A DNA stretch of 47,201 nt from Bdellovibrionota bacterium (GTDB lineage: Bacteria > Bdellovibrionota > UBA2394), in NCBI GenBank assembly GCA_049436045.1, contig JBMTHG010000002.1, positions 1 to 47,201 of the forward strand, written 5' to 3'. A program made the translations under genes and the position numbers. Under the pieces are notes generated by a model, which was not told the DNA's origin, searched no databases, and saw only the letters and a list, made by a program, of their open reading frames with translations. Positions 28,734-38,200 of the stretch are shown piece by piece (the first letter of the stretch is position 1; each line of letters opens with the position of its first letter).

Positions 28734-29381
28734 TCATGGTTTTTGCGGCGCCTGATCAAGATCGGCAAAGCTTGAGCTGAGTCTCGGTAAAAAGGGATGA
28801 ATGCTTGCACACAACTCCTTGTTAAAGGCTGTAAAACCCATTGTTGGTTTAGTTTTGAGAATCTCACTGATACTCATCCACTCCGAGCGATTCACTTTGA
28901 GCCGAATAAAAGGCACGGCTTTTTCTTCTCGCGTCCAAATGACACGAAGCTGAGCTTGAGCTGGAGTTTCATTTTGTTTGGCCTCTTCAGGAGTTTTCTC
29001 CCAATAAGGTGAAGAAGGCTTATTTTGATGCAGCAAAGCAAAAAACGAGAAATCAATTTCATCAATATCAGGATTTTCTCGAAAAGCCCGAGCAGGTGGA
29101 AGCTCTTCTCGATTTTGGCGCGGCGTGTTTTTTCCATAAAGAAAAGCGTGCAGAAATCTGCAAAAGATCTCTTGGTCTGGAATTACATTTTTTGTGACGA
29201 CGGAGTCTTCATACCAAACAGAGGTCTCCAGAACTTTTCCTTTTTTGCGAACCCCTTCTAGAGAATGCCGTCTCTCTTTGTGAAGAGAGCTAAGCGCCCA
29301 ATAGTTTGCTAGATCCTTTTTCTCTTTTGCGGAGGCCGTATTAAAAAAGACGAAAGCCAAGAGGAATACAAAGAAACGCAT
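28734..29381 (-). CDS. Hypothetical secreted protein (~215 aa)
   Basis: The ORF-track entry (28734-29453) is trimmed to ATG 29381, which gives the clean signal peptide MRFFVFLLAFVFFNTASA/KEKK. This start lies 4 nt after the stop of the upstream 65-aa ORF. No family recognised. Confidence 0.5.
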   Translation of the reverse strand: MRFFVFLLAFVFFNTASAKEKKDLANYWALSSLHKERRHSLEGVRKKGKVLETSVWYEDSVVTKNVIPDQEIFCRFLHAFLYGKNTPRQNREELPPARAFRENPDIDEIDFSFFALLHQNKPSSPYWEKTPEEAKQNETPAQAQLRVIWTREEKAVPFIRLKVNRSEWMSISEILKTKPTMGFTAFNKELCASIHPFLPRLSSSFADLDQAPQKP

Positions 29382-29385
29382 AACT

Positions 29386-29583
29386 TCATTTTGGCTGACT
29401 TTCTTTCGAGTCTCCAGAAAAAGCTTTAAATTTGTGAATTGAGTCTCGATCACGAGAAAGCTGAAAGTCTTGGAACTGTCTAATCAGTTCTAAAAGACTT
29501 GATTCAAGCTGCCAGATTTCTTGCAAAAGCTTGAGTTCTAAGCTTTCGATTTCTTCTCGCCATTCTTCACAAAGACATTTCAT
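29386..29583 (-). CDS. Small hypothetical coiled-coil protein (65 aa)
   Basis: The ATG overlaps the comM TGA (ATGA, rc of 29580-29583). A strong GGAGG SD lies 8 nt upstream. There is a heptad-like Leu/Glu pattern (EEIESLELKLLQEIWQLESSLLELIRQF). Confidence 0.4.
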   Translation of the reverse strand: MKCLCEEWREEIESLELKLLQEIWQLESSLLELIRQFQDFQLSRDRDSIHKFKAFSGDSKESQPK

Positions 29584-31010
29584 TCTCTTTCCTCCAGTTT
29601 CTCAAAAAAGTTTTTAAGATTTTGACTCTCAGTATCATTCACCTGATTGACACCAAAAAACTTAGACCACGTCAGAAGCATCTCGACCCAAAGGCGTTGC
29701 TGCCGAGCATTTTTGAAGGCCGAAAGATCAATTTCATGAAGTTGAGGTCGATTTTTTTCTGCCCATGAAAGACGTTCGCAAATTTTTTGAAACTCAAACT
29801 CGGGGGCTTGTGGCTCATCTTTGAAAGTCCACCACAAAACTCGATGAAAACGCTCGAGCAGAGGCTCAGATAGCCTCGCCTGATAAGAATAAAATTGAGC
29901 TGAGCTACAAACGCAGGCCTTTTTTGATCCATGCTTTCCGCAACGACAGGGATTCATGGCGGCAAGCAGTTGAATATCTGCCGGAAAACTTTTCTTGCCG
30001 CCTTGGCGATGGATGCAGAGTTTTTTTTCTTCGAGAGGCTCGCGAAGAGCTTCTAAAACATTGCGCTGAAACTCGGGCAATTCATCGAGAAATAAAATAC
30101 CACGATGGGCGCGGCTGATGGCTCCGGCATAGATTTGACGATGACCGCCTCCTACAATTGAAGCCGCAGAGCTTGTGTGATGAGGGGCTTCAAATCCTCT
30201 TTGAGACAAATCTTTAAATTCAAGGTTTTTAGTTTCAGCAGGAGAAGAATATTTAAACTTTTCTGACCAAAACTTTGGCGCGAGTGGCCGCTGAAGATCT
30301 TGAAGAGCATGACACCAGGAGCTCTTTCCCACGCCTGGGCTACCGTTAAGAAGAACATTCCATCGGCCTAAGCTGGCGAGCGACCAAAACAAAAATTGAT
30401 CATGGCTGCCACGCATTTTATTCCAGCGCGTTTGCAATTTTGGATCGGGCCATGACGATCGAGATAAATCAGAGCTGACTTCGATTGTAAAAGCTTCTTT
30501 TGGCTCTAAGAGCTCAGCAGCGCTATCGCAAAAATGCACTTTGCTTTTCAAGAAGGGCAGAATCTTTTCGAGATTGTTTTTGGAGTTTGAAAAAAAGATT
30601 GAATCAGCTTGGGATTCCTGAGCCAACAGAACATGGCCAAGAATCGATTCTGTTTCTCTGATTTTTCCGTTGAGCTCCAGTTCACCCCAGAAAAAATATT
30701 TTTTTTCGATAAGAGGAATGTGACCAAGTACCTGCAATATTGCATGAAAAATTCCAAGGTCTAAATGACTGCCTTCTTTTGAGAGGTCTCCCGGCTTGAG
30801 ATAAACTAAGACTTTTTGATTGGGTAATTCGATTCCCACTTGATGAAGGCTAGCCAAGATTCGATCTTTGCCCTCCCGAACCATATTTTGAGGAAGGCCA
30901 ATAATATCGAATCGGGGAAGTCCTTTTCGTAATAAAACTTGAATTTCTATTTCTTGTAAGCCATGGGAGGTGTAGCAAGTCGTCCAGGCTTGAGCGAATG
31001 ATGCAGTCAT
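29580..31010 (-). CDS. comM: YifB/ComM family Mg-chelatase-like AAA+ ATPase
   Basis: An N-terminal Lon-protease-like/ChlI domain is followed by Walker A NGSPGVGKSS, Walker B ILFLDELPEF, and the LLAAMNPCRCG motif. Confidence 0.9.
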   Translation of the reverse strand: MTASFAQAWTTCYTSHGLQEIEIQVLLRKGLPRFDIIGLPQNMVREGKDRILASLHQVGIELPNQKVLVYLKPGDLSKEGSHLDLGIFHAILQVLGHIPLIEKKYFFWGELELNGKIRETESILGHVLLAQESQADSIFFSNSKNNLEKILPFLKSKVHFCDSAAELLEPKEAFTIEVSSDLSRSSWPDPKLQTRWNKMRGSHDQFLFWSLASLGRWNVLLNGSPGVGKSSWCHALQDLQRPLAPKFWSEKFKYSSPAETKNLEFKDLSQRGFEAPHHTSSAASIVGGGHRQIYAGAISRAHRGILFLDELPEFQRNVLEALREPLEEKKLCIHRQGGKKSFPADIQLLAAMNPCRCGKHGSKKACVCSSAQFYSYQARLSEPLLERFHRVLWWTFKDEPQAPEFEFQKICERLSWAEKNRPQLHEIDLSAFKNARQQRLWVEMLLTWSKFFGVNQVNDTESQNLKNFFEKLEERE

Positions 31011-31101
31011 CTCGCACTGAATTGCAAGATTCTAGGTAGTCTTAAGTTCGCCATTTAAGGCCGCCTCGAGATGTATCCGAAAAAAAAACACGAAATTTTC
31101 G

Positions 31102-31136
31102 AAAAAAAAGCCCGAGTGTCCAAGCTCGGGCTTTTT
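31102..31136. terminator. Bidirectional Rho-independent terminator (functionally ends the minus-strand lipoprotein genes)
   Basis: A8, then GCCCGAG (31110-31116), an 8-nt loop, CTCGGGC (31125-31131), then T5. Read on the minus strand, the hairpin is followed by T8. Confidence 0.7.
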
Positions 31137-31205
31137 AGGGTGTCCACATTTACACAGAGAAAGATATCTTACACAAAGTAAAAACACACAAAGAAAAAGC
31201 GTCTG

Positions 31206-31991
31206 TTATTTTGAACTTTTGTTCGAAGACCAAAGAGATCCACGAGAAGGAATCCTAACAAAATTCACTTGTGATCGTCTGTTCGGCTCTTCTACCACTG
31301 ATTCTATTCCCTCTGATTCTGTCGAGGCTGTTTCTGCATTAGAAACCTGAGTTTTGATTTCGACAACTCCTTCATCTTCTGCAGGGCGCGCCAAAAGATG
31401 GGGAACTTGATCGGCCGCATCGGCCACTTCATTCGAATTCTCGACCTTCCCTTCTGCCGAGCTGGCTTTCCTTTGCTCGTTAATCTTATCTTTAGCTTTT
31501 CGCAAAGTGGCTTCGAGACTTACGATTTTTTCAACGAAGCAATCTTCATCAAAGCTTAAGTTGGCAGCTTCTGTTTTTGGAAAGAGCTGTGACAAAGTCG
31601 CCATCATTCCGATTTGAGTTAACTGCTGCTTTTCAGACGAATCTCGCAAGTAATCAAAGAGCTGAGCTTGGCTGGCTTCGAAAGACTTTATTCGGGCATG
31701 CTCAAGTTCCATTTTTTCTTGATGGCGCTTCTCTTCGCGTTTCTCTCTTGCTTCTTCTCGTTTAATCATTTCTTGTTGAAAAGCACTTAGGCCTTCAGAG
31801 TTTCCTTTTTCTTTTCCAGGAACGCTACCTTCTGTATTGGCTCCTGCTGTCGATTTAGTCTTTGGAGCTAATGCCTGGCTATTTGAAGCGCTCGAGTTTT
31901 GAGCCGCATTTTTTTTAACATCTCTCGGTGTCGCACAAGCAATAAAAATTTGAGATATACCGACGATCATTATTAGATTTACTACTTTCAT
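31206..31991 (-). CDS. Hypothetical lipoprotein, Ser/Asn/Glu-rich with a coiled-coil segment
   Basis: ATG 31991 is preceded by an AGGGGGA SD 7 nt upstream. The lipobox is MKVVNLIMIVGISQIFIAC. The charged coiled coil is QQEMIKREEAREKREEKRHQEKMELEHARIK. The ORF-track start at 32051 (ATGA overlap with the upstream gene) is an alternative. Confidence 0.55.
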   Translation of the reverse strand: MKVVNLIMIVGISQIFIACATPRDVKKNAAQNSSASNSQALAPKTKSTAGANTEGSVPGKEKGNSEGLSAFQQEMIKREEAREKREEKRHQEKMELEHARIKSFEASQAQLFDYLRDSSEKQQLTQIGMMATLSQLFPKTEAANLSFDEDCFVEKIVSLEATLRKAKDKINEQRKASSAEGKVENSNEVADAADQVPHLLARPAEDEGVVEIKTQVSNAETASTESEGIESVVEEPNRRSQVNFVRIPSRGSLWSSNKSSK

Positions 31992-32047
31992 TGTTAATCC
32001 CCCTTTAAGATTTTTTTGATTTTTAAAATTCTTTAGATTTTTTCTGG

Positions 32048-32818
32048 TCATCTCTGACTCTCTGTAGCTGTTTCGAAAATCACATTAAGCCCGCTTAATT
32101 CAGCCGCCTGATGTGCATTGGCAATCAAACACTCAACATCCTCATCGATTCGCGGAGGGGCTAGTTTGGCACCTCCATCTTGTTTTTCTTCTGAGGCCGA
32201 TGAGTTTTTGAAAAAGACGATTCTATCGGCCTCTGAATTTGCAGATGTTAGAACTAATCGGGGAGCCTCTGCATCCACTGAAGATGGCTCTGAATCGACT
32301 GAAGTCGCTGAAAAAGTTGAAATTTCTGCTCGTGGTGAGCTCACTGATCCAGAAGAGCTTTCTTTTTCTTCTCCAGTAATAGAGCCGACTAGAGACTTCG
32401 TATTGTCGATGATCTTTTCACCTTTTTCGAAAATCGATCCGTTTAAAACCGAAGCAAACAAAAGCATCATTCCCATGCCTTGAAACTGACTCCAGGCATC
32501 AGAGCGAGTGAGTGGTGCGCCCGCATAAGGGCTATTCGCTCTCGGAACAAAGCCAGTGTTGGCTTCCGAATTCCCTTGAATTCCAGAATTTTGCGAATTT
32601 CCAGAGTTTGATGATGGTAAACCAGAGTTTGAATTCGCGCGAGACTTGCCACGAGATTCGGCATCTTTGGCAAATTTTTCTCCCGCCGTGATTCTTGGTC
32701 CAGCGTCGCTACGGTATATGGTTTGATCTGAAGCTGGTACCGTGTTGGAACTGCAAGCAACTAACAATGGACTCGCCACTATGAGAAGCAGTGCAGTTCG
32801 CTTAAATTGAGCGAACAT
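32048..32818 (-). CDS. Hypothetical lipoprotein, low-complexity Ser/Asn/Gly-rich
   Basis: Signal peptide plus lipobox MFAQFKRTALLLIVASPLLVAC/SSN, with an AAAGGGGG SD upstream. It has an SNSGNSQNSGIQGNS low-complexity region and one internal hydrophobic stretch (GMGMMLLFASVLNGSIF). Confidence 0.55.
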   Translation of the reverse strand: MFAQFKRTALLLIVASPLLVACSSNTVPASDQTIYRSDAGPRITAGEKFAKDAESRGKSRANSNSGLPSSNSGNSQNSGIQGNSEANTGFVPRANSPYAGAPLTRSDAWSQFQGMGMMLLFASVLNGSIFEKGEKIIDNTKSLVGSITGEEKESSSGSVSSPRAEISTFSATSVDSEPSSVDAEAPRLVLTSANSEADRIVFFKNSSASEEKQDGGAKLAPPRIDEDVECLIANAHQAAELSGLNVIFETATESQR

Positions 32819-33128
32819 AGAGACCCCCTTTTTGTTTAGTTCAAAGAGAAAGCGCTAGCGTTGACGAATTCAATCGCTTCAAAAAATTTTAAAATTTTCT
32901 GTGGTTGGCTCTCGAATTTGGACAGTGAAAGACAACCCAACTATTACTCAATCCCTTTGTGCCTATCTTTGACCTTTGAAAGTCTAGAATAAGCCGTGGC
33001 CTTCATATGCAAAGATGATGCCAAGCAGAAACAGGCGCTAGGTAGCTTTTTAAGCCGTTTTGAGAGGGGTGGGCGAGAACTCGCTCGTGAAACTAGGGGT
33101 GAAGATGTCCCAGTTCAATGATTTCAAC

Positions 33129-33161
33129 AAAAAAGCCCCTCCGACGAGAGGGGCTTTTTTT
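33129..33161. terminator. Bidirectional Rho-independent terminator downstream of dnaK
   Basis: A-run, then AGCCCCTC (33134-33141), a 6-nt loop, GAGGGGCT (33148-33155), then a T-run. It lies ~50 nt past the dnaK stop. Confidence 0.75.
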
Positions 33162-33211
33162 GACACGTAATCAATCTGCCACAAAAGCAGATCGAGTGAT
33201 TAAGATTTCTA

Positions 33212-35125
33212 TTAAGATTCTTTTCGCTCTGTAAACTCAGCATCGATGATCTCATCAGAAGATGCACCAGATTCCGAACTTGAGCCCTCAGAAGCGCTAC
33301 CAGAAGCAGCGTCTTGAGCTCCAGAAGCTGAAGTTTTATACATCTGCTCTGCGAGCTTATGATTTGCTGAAGTCAAAGCCTCTGAAGCCGCTTTGATATC
33401 TTCTAATTTCTCGGCTTTCATGGCCTCTTTAGCTTTTTCAAGAGCTTTGCTTAAATCGTCTTTTAGAGCGGCGTCGATCTTGTCGCCTTGTTCATTCAAT
33501 GTTTTTTCAGATTGAAACACAAGGTGATCGAGTTGATTTCTTGCGACCACAAGCTCATGACGTTTTTTATCTTCTTCTCGATTCGCCTCAGCATCTTTAA
33601 TCATTTGATTGATTTCATCTTTGCTTAGGCCGCTTGAGCTTTCGATTCGAATATTTTGCTCTTTACCCGTGGCTTTATCTTTTGCAGACACGCTCACAAT
33701 TCCATTCGCATCAATATCGAATGTCACTTCAACTTGAGGAACGCCGCGAGGTGCCGCTGGAATTCCCTCTAAGAAAAATCTTCCTAGAGTTCGGTTGTCT
33801 CGAGCCATTTCACGCTCTCCTTGAAGAACATGAATCTCAACACTCGTTTGATTGTCAGCCGCTGTTGAGAACACCTCACTTTTTCTCGTAGGAATCGTTG
33901 TGTTTCTCTCAATGAGCTTCGTCATAACGCCACCGAGCGTCTCGATGCCCAGTGAAAGAGGAGAGACATCGAGCAAAAGAACATCTTTCACGTCACCTTT
34001 GAGAACGCCAGCCTGAACTGCTGCGCCGATCGCCACAACTTCATCAGGGTTCACTGATTTATTTGGCTCTTTACCAAAAAAGTCACGAACCGCTTGTTGA
34101 ATTCGAGGAATTCGTGTGCTTCCTCCAACAAGAATAACTTCGTTAATCTCACTGGGTTTTACGCCAGCATCTTCAATCGCTTTTTTGCAGGGCTCTAAAG
34201 ATTTTTTAACCAAATCTTCGATCAATGATTCAAACTTGCTTCGAGTAAGTTTGATATTGAGATGTTTAGGCCCTGAGGCATCAGCTGTGATGAAGGGTAG
34301 GTTGATTTCAGTTTCAAGCGTCGTGGAGAGCTCAATCTTTGCTTTTTCAGCTGCTTCACGAAGACGCTGCACAGCCATTTTGTCTTGCGAAAGATCAATG
34401 CCCTGATCTTTTTTGAACTCCGCAATCAGCCAGTCCATGATGCGAACGTCAAAGTCATCTCCACCAAGGTGGGTATCACCATTGGTTGATTTTACTTCAA
34501 CGACATTATCGCCAACTTCAAGAATTGAAACATCAAAAGTTCCACCACCTAAGTCATAAACCGCGATCAGCTCATCTTTTTTCTTATCAAGACCATAAGC
34601 GAGAGCGGCCGCCGTTGGTTCATTAATGATTCTCTTCACTTCGAGACCCGCAATTGCACCCGCATCTTTTGTTGCTTGTCGTTGCGAATCATTAAAGTAA
34701 GCAGGAACCGTGATCACGGCTTCTGTGACCGGCTGACCCAAATAATCTTCAGCGGCTTTTTTTAGTTTCATCAAAACTTGCGCCGAAATTTCTTGAGGGC
34801 TGTAATCTTTTCCTTGAATTTTAAATCGAGGATCGCCTTTGTCACCTTTGACAATTTCAAAAGGAACTCGGCTCGATTCTTTTTGACCTTCTTCGTATGA
34901 TCGACCGATAAAACGTTTTGCCGAAAAAATCGTATTTTGAGGATTCGTTACGGCCTGTCGTCGAGCCACTTGGCCGACTAATTTAGAGCCGTCTTTGGTA
35001 AACGCCACCACCGAGGGAGTCGTTCGTCCGCCTTCTTCATTCGTGATGACCTTGGGTTCACCACCTTCCATAATTGAAACCACTGAGTTCGTGGTTCCTA
35101 AGTCAATTCCTACACATCTTCCCAT
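33212..35125 (-). CDS. dnaK: Molecular chaperone DnaK (Hsp70)
   Basis: [19 protein letters not shown] and [11 protein letters not shown] motifs with the EEVD-less bacterial C-terminus. No grpE or dnaJ is adjacent. Confidence 0.98.
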   Translation of the reverse strand: MGRCVGIDLGTTNSVVSIMEGGEPKVITNEEGGRTTPSVVAFTKDGSKLVGQVARRQAVTNPQNTIFSAKRFIGRSYEEGQKESSRVPFEIVKGDKGDPRFKIQGKDYSPQEISAQVLMKLKKAAEDYLGQPVTEAVITVPAYFNDSQRQATKDAGAIAGLEVKRIINEPTAAALAYGLDKKKDELIAVYDLGGGTFDVSILEVGDNVVEVKSTNGDTHLGGDDFDVRIMDWLIAEFKKDQGIDLSQDKMAVQRLREAAEKAKIELSTTLETEINLPFITADASGPKHLNIKLTRSKFESLIEDLVKKSLEPCKKAIEDAGVKPSEINEVILVGGSTRIPRIQQAVRDFFGKEPNKSVNPDEVVAIGAAVQAGVLKGDVKDVLLLDVSPLSLGIETLGGVMTKLIERNTTIPTRKSEVFSTAADNQTSVEIHVLQGEREMARDNRTLGRFFLEGIPAAPRGVPQVEVTFDIDANGIVSVSAKDKATGKEQNIRIESSSGLSKDEINQMIKDAEANREEDKKRHELVVARNQLDHLVFQSEKTLNEQGDKIDAALKDDLSKALEKAKEAMKAEKLEDIKAASEALTSANHKLAEQMYKTSASGAQDAASGSASEGSSSESGASSDEIIDAEFTERKES

Positions 35126-35263
35126 TTTAATAGTTCTCCTTTATAAACTTTTTTGGCCGAAAACCTTTTAATCTGGTCTATTGGCCTTGGAGAGACAGTA
35201 ATTCATAAAGCGAGAAGGTCAACCTTGCTTACTTAAGAAACTTAAAAAAAGTCGATGATCTGT

Positions 35264-38200
35264 CTACGGATTGGGCTCTGAATCACTGCCCACAAGCCGA
35301 AGTTCGCGGTCATATCGGCGATCTAGCTCCGTTAGGCGTTTTAGACTGAGCTCGGGCTCATCCGGTCGAACGGGAGTTCCTGAAATCAAAGCCTGCCAAT
35401 ACGCTTTAAGACAGCCACCAAGGCTATCACTTTTGAAGAGTCGCTTCCAAAACCAAACGAAATCATCCACGACACCTAAGCTTAAAGGCGTAAGTATAAT
35501 TCCAAAAATCGTGGCAAAGGCAATTCCCCAGCCAAGAGCTAAGGCCATTGGTTTTAGAAAAGCATCTCCACCGCCCCAGCCGTAAGCTGTCGGCATCAAA
35601 CCTAAGACCGTGGTCGAAGAGGTAAGCAATACGGCTCGAAGTCTCTGAACACTTCCCTCCATCAGAGCATCAAAATAGCTCATTTCTTTGGCCAGAGAGT
35701 TGATTCGATCAATCAAAACAATGCCCACATTCACCGCCACCCCCACGAGGCCCACCACACCAAAGAGAGCCAAAAAGCTTAGTGGTCGATCATGCAAAAT
35801 GAAAACAAAAATGACACCCGCCAAACCCATGGGAATCGAAGTGATCAAAACAATAAAGGGCTGCCAAATATTGCCTAGCGTGAGAATGACAATGAAGAGC
35901 ACGCCTGCGAGAGCCAAAAGCAAACTTTGTTTCAAGGATTCAAAGCTCTCCGCGGTATCTCTATTTTCGCCCAAGACTTCGATCTCAAGTCCAGGATACT
36001 TAGCCTTCCATTCATCAAAGTAGCCCGCCAAAATTTTATTGGCCTCTTCGGCGGTTCGAACAACTTGCTTGTTCTCTTCTTCAGGCTGTTTTTGAAACTT
36101 TTTAAAGAAGGCTTTAAATTTATTCATCGCGCCTTCGACTTTTTCGGCTTCTTCTAAATCTGCATAAACTGTCACGACTCTTCGTGTTTGGTAGTGATTC
36201 ACACTATAGAGACCACGACTTGGATCTTGAGCATTCATCATAGAGAGAATCGGCGCTCGCTCTCCAAATGGAGTGAGCACAGTCATCTTCTTCAGGCTAT
36301 CTTCTGGAATTCCATCTTCATCGATTTTTACTCGAAGACTTGTTTTTTCGACATCGCTTCGAATTTCACCGAGAAGGGCACCGTCTACGGCCATCTGCAA
36401 ACCAAGAGCAAGAGAGGTCGGGTTGACCCCAGTTTGGGCGGCTTTTCTAAAATCAATCTCATAAATCGACTGAGTTTTTCCGAGAAGATCGGTGTCGCCA
36501 ATCGATTTTATTCCTTTCATATTTTCCAAAACGCCTCGAGCATCTTGTTTCACTTTTCGAAGTAGATCGAGGTCTTCATGGGCAAAATAAATATTCACGG
36601 GGCGACCCACGGGTGGGCCTGCACCGGCAAGCTCTACATAGACATTATCCATACCGCTAATTTTCTTGGCCTCGGCTTCAATCTCATTGGCGATTTGATT
36701 GATGTCTAAACTTCTATCGACCTCAGGCACCATGTCGACCGTGATAAAGGCATAGTTGCTTCCGGTTCGTCGCGACTCTCGACCTTCGGTTTGAATCGCT
36801 CCAATTTTCGTGGAGAAAGATAAAACTTCTGTTTTTGGATACTCTTGCAGTTTGAGTTCAATCGGCAAAATCTTTTCAGCCATGTCTTTTAGAGAGAGCT
36901 CAGTCTTTCCCTCAAAGATGACAAAAAAAGTATTCACCCCATCTCGCGGAAATAATTTGAATTGTCCAAAAAAGTGATAAGAGGCAAGGGCTATCAAAAA
37001 GAAAGCGATTCCAGAAACTCCGACAAAATAGCGGCGTCGCATCGCCCAGACGATGAGACCTCGATAGTAATCTCGAATTCTTTCAAAGGGATGTCGCCTT
37101 TTCGCATTCAACTTTGGAGCATTTGCAAAATCTCTCATGTGATTGGGCAGAAGAAAAAAGGCCTCTAAGAGCGATACCAAAAGACAAAGAATCACAATCG
37201 AGGGAATGAACTTCACAAACTTTCCAAAAATTCCAGTCATGAAAACGAGGGGTAAAAAGGCGAGAACGGTGGTCATCACAGAGCCTAAAACCGGTTTTAA
37301 AACTTTTTTCGTGCCCTCCACAGCGGCGGAGAGTTTATCTTTTCCTTTTTCGAGTTCTGTAAAAATAGATTCCGAGACCACAATGGCATCGTCGACGAGC
37401 ATCCCCAAGACCACCACGAATCCAAACATCGTCAGTAAGTTGAGAGAGAAGTCGAGTGGCGGCATCAAGAGCACAGCACCCAAAAACGAAAAAGGAATTC
37501 CAATAGCCACGATCAGGGCAGTTCGCCAATCCAAGGCGAGCAGAAGCATCAAGAAAACAAGAATCCCTCCAATCATCACGCTTGAGGCAAGAGCTTTGAG
37601 TCGAGCTTTCACAAACACGGAAGTGTCGCGGCCATAGCTCACTTGCCATTTTTCGTTCTCAGGAAGTTGCTGATTCACTTGATCTAAAAACTTTTGAGCT
37701 CGTTCTTTAACGGCATCAACGATCAAAATTTGATCAGCGCTTTCTTTGGTCACAATGCCCAAACTCAAAGAGGGTCGACCTTTCATGCGGTCGTATTCTT
37801 GCCGCTCTTGAATGTCTAAACGAATATCACCGAGGTCTTTCACTCGAAAAACTCTGCCATCAACATTCGCTCGCAAAATGACATTTTGAATGCGATCGAG
37901 ATTTGTTAACTCACTTTCGATGCGGTAGCGAACGGCACCATCTTTTTTTACGATTTCGCCAGCGGGAACAGCGACATTTTGTTCTCGAAAGGCTTTCACA
38001 ATCTCGTCGATTGAAATTCCAAACTGAGACAGTTTTTCGGCTGAAAAATTAACGATGAACTCTAAGTTGCCCTCATTTAACTGCACTTCACCTACGCCTG
38101 AGACCTCTTCTAACTCACGCTGAAGCCGCTTTGCCATTTCGCGAAGTTCCAGATTAGGTTCATAATCAGAGCCAACCTCTCCGCCCTTTGAAAGATTTAT

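Noticed and set aside
29382-29453. Longer version of the secreted-protein ORF, starting at 29453.
   Set aside because: It would put 24 non-hydrophobic aa in front of an obvious signal peptide and would overlap the SD-equipped 65-aa ORF by 68 nt. The start at 29381 is preferred.
32118-32483. 121-aa plus-strand ORF antisense to the 256-aa lipoprotein gene.
   Set aside because: It has no SD or signal features. The minus-strand frame has a lipobox, an SD and operon context, so this is probably a shadow ORF of a low-complexity gene.
35126-35263. Heat-shock control elements upstream of dnaK (CIRCE inverted repeat, or a sigma-32 type promoter).
   Set aside because: There is no TTAGCACTC-N9-GAGTGCTAA-like repeat, and I found no convincing CTTGAAA / CCCCAT pair by eye.
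37143-37637. 164-aa plus-strand ORF, with several other 60-125-aa plus-strand ORFs between 35271 and 38678.
   Set aside because: All are antisense to the RND permease gene, whose full-length frame is strongly supported. Their Ser/Thr/Lys-rich low-complexity translations look like shadow ORFs.
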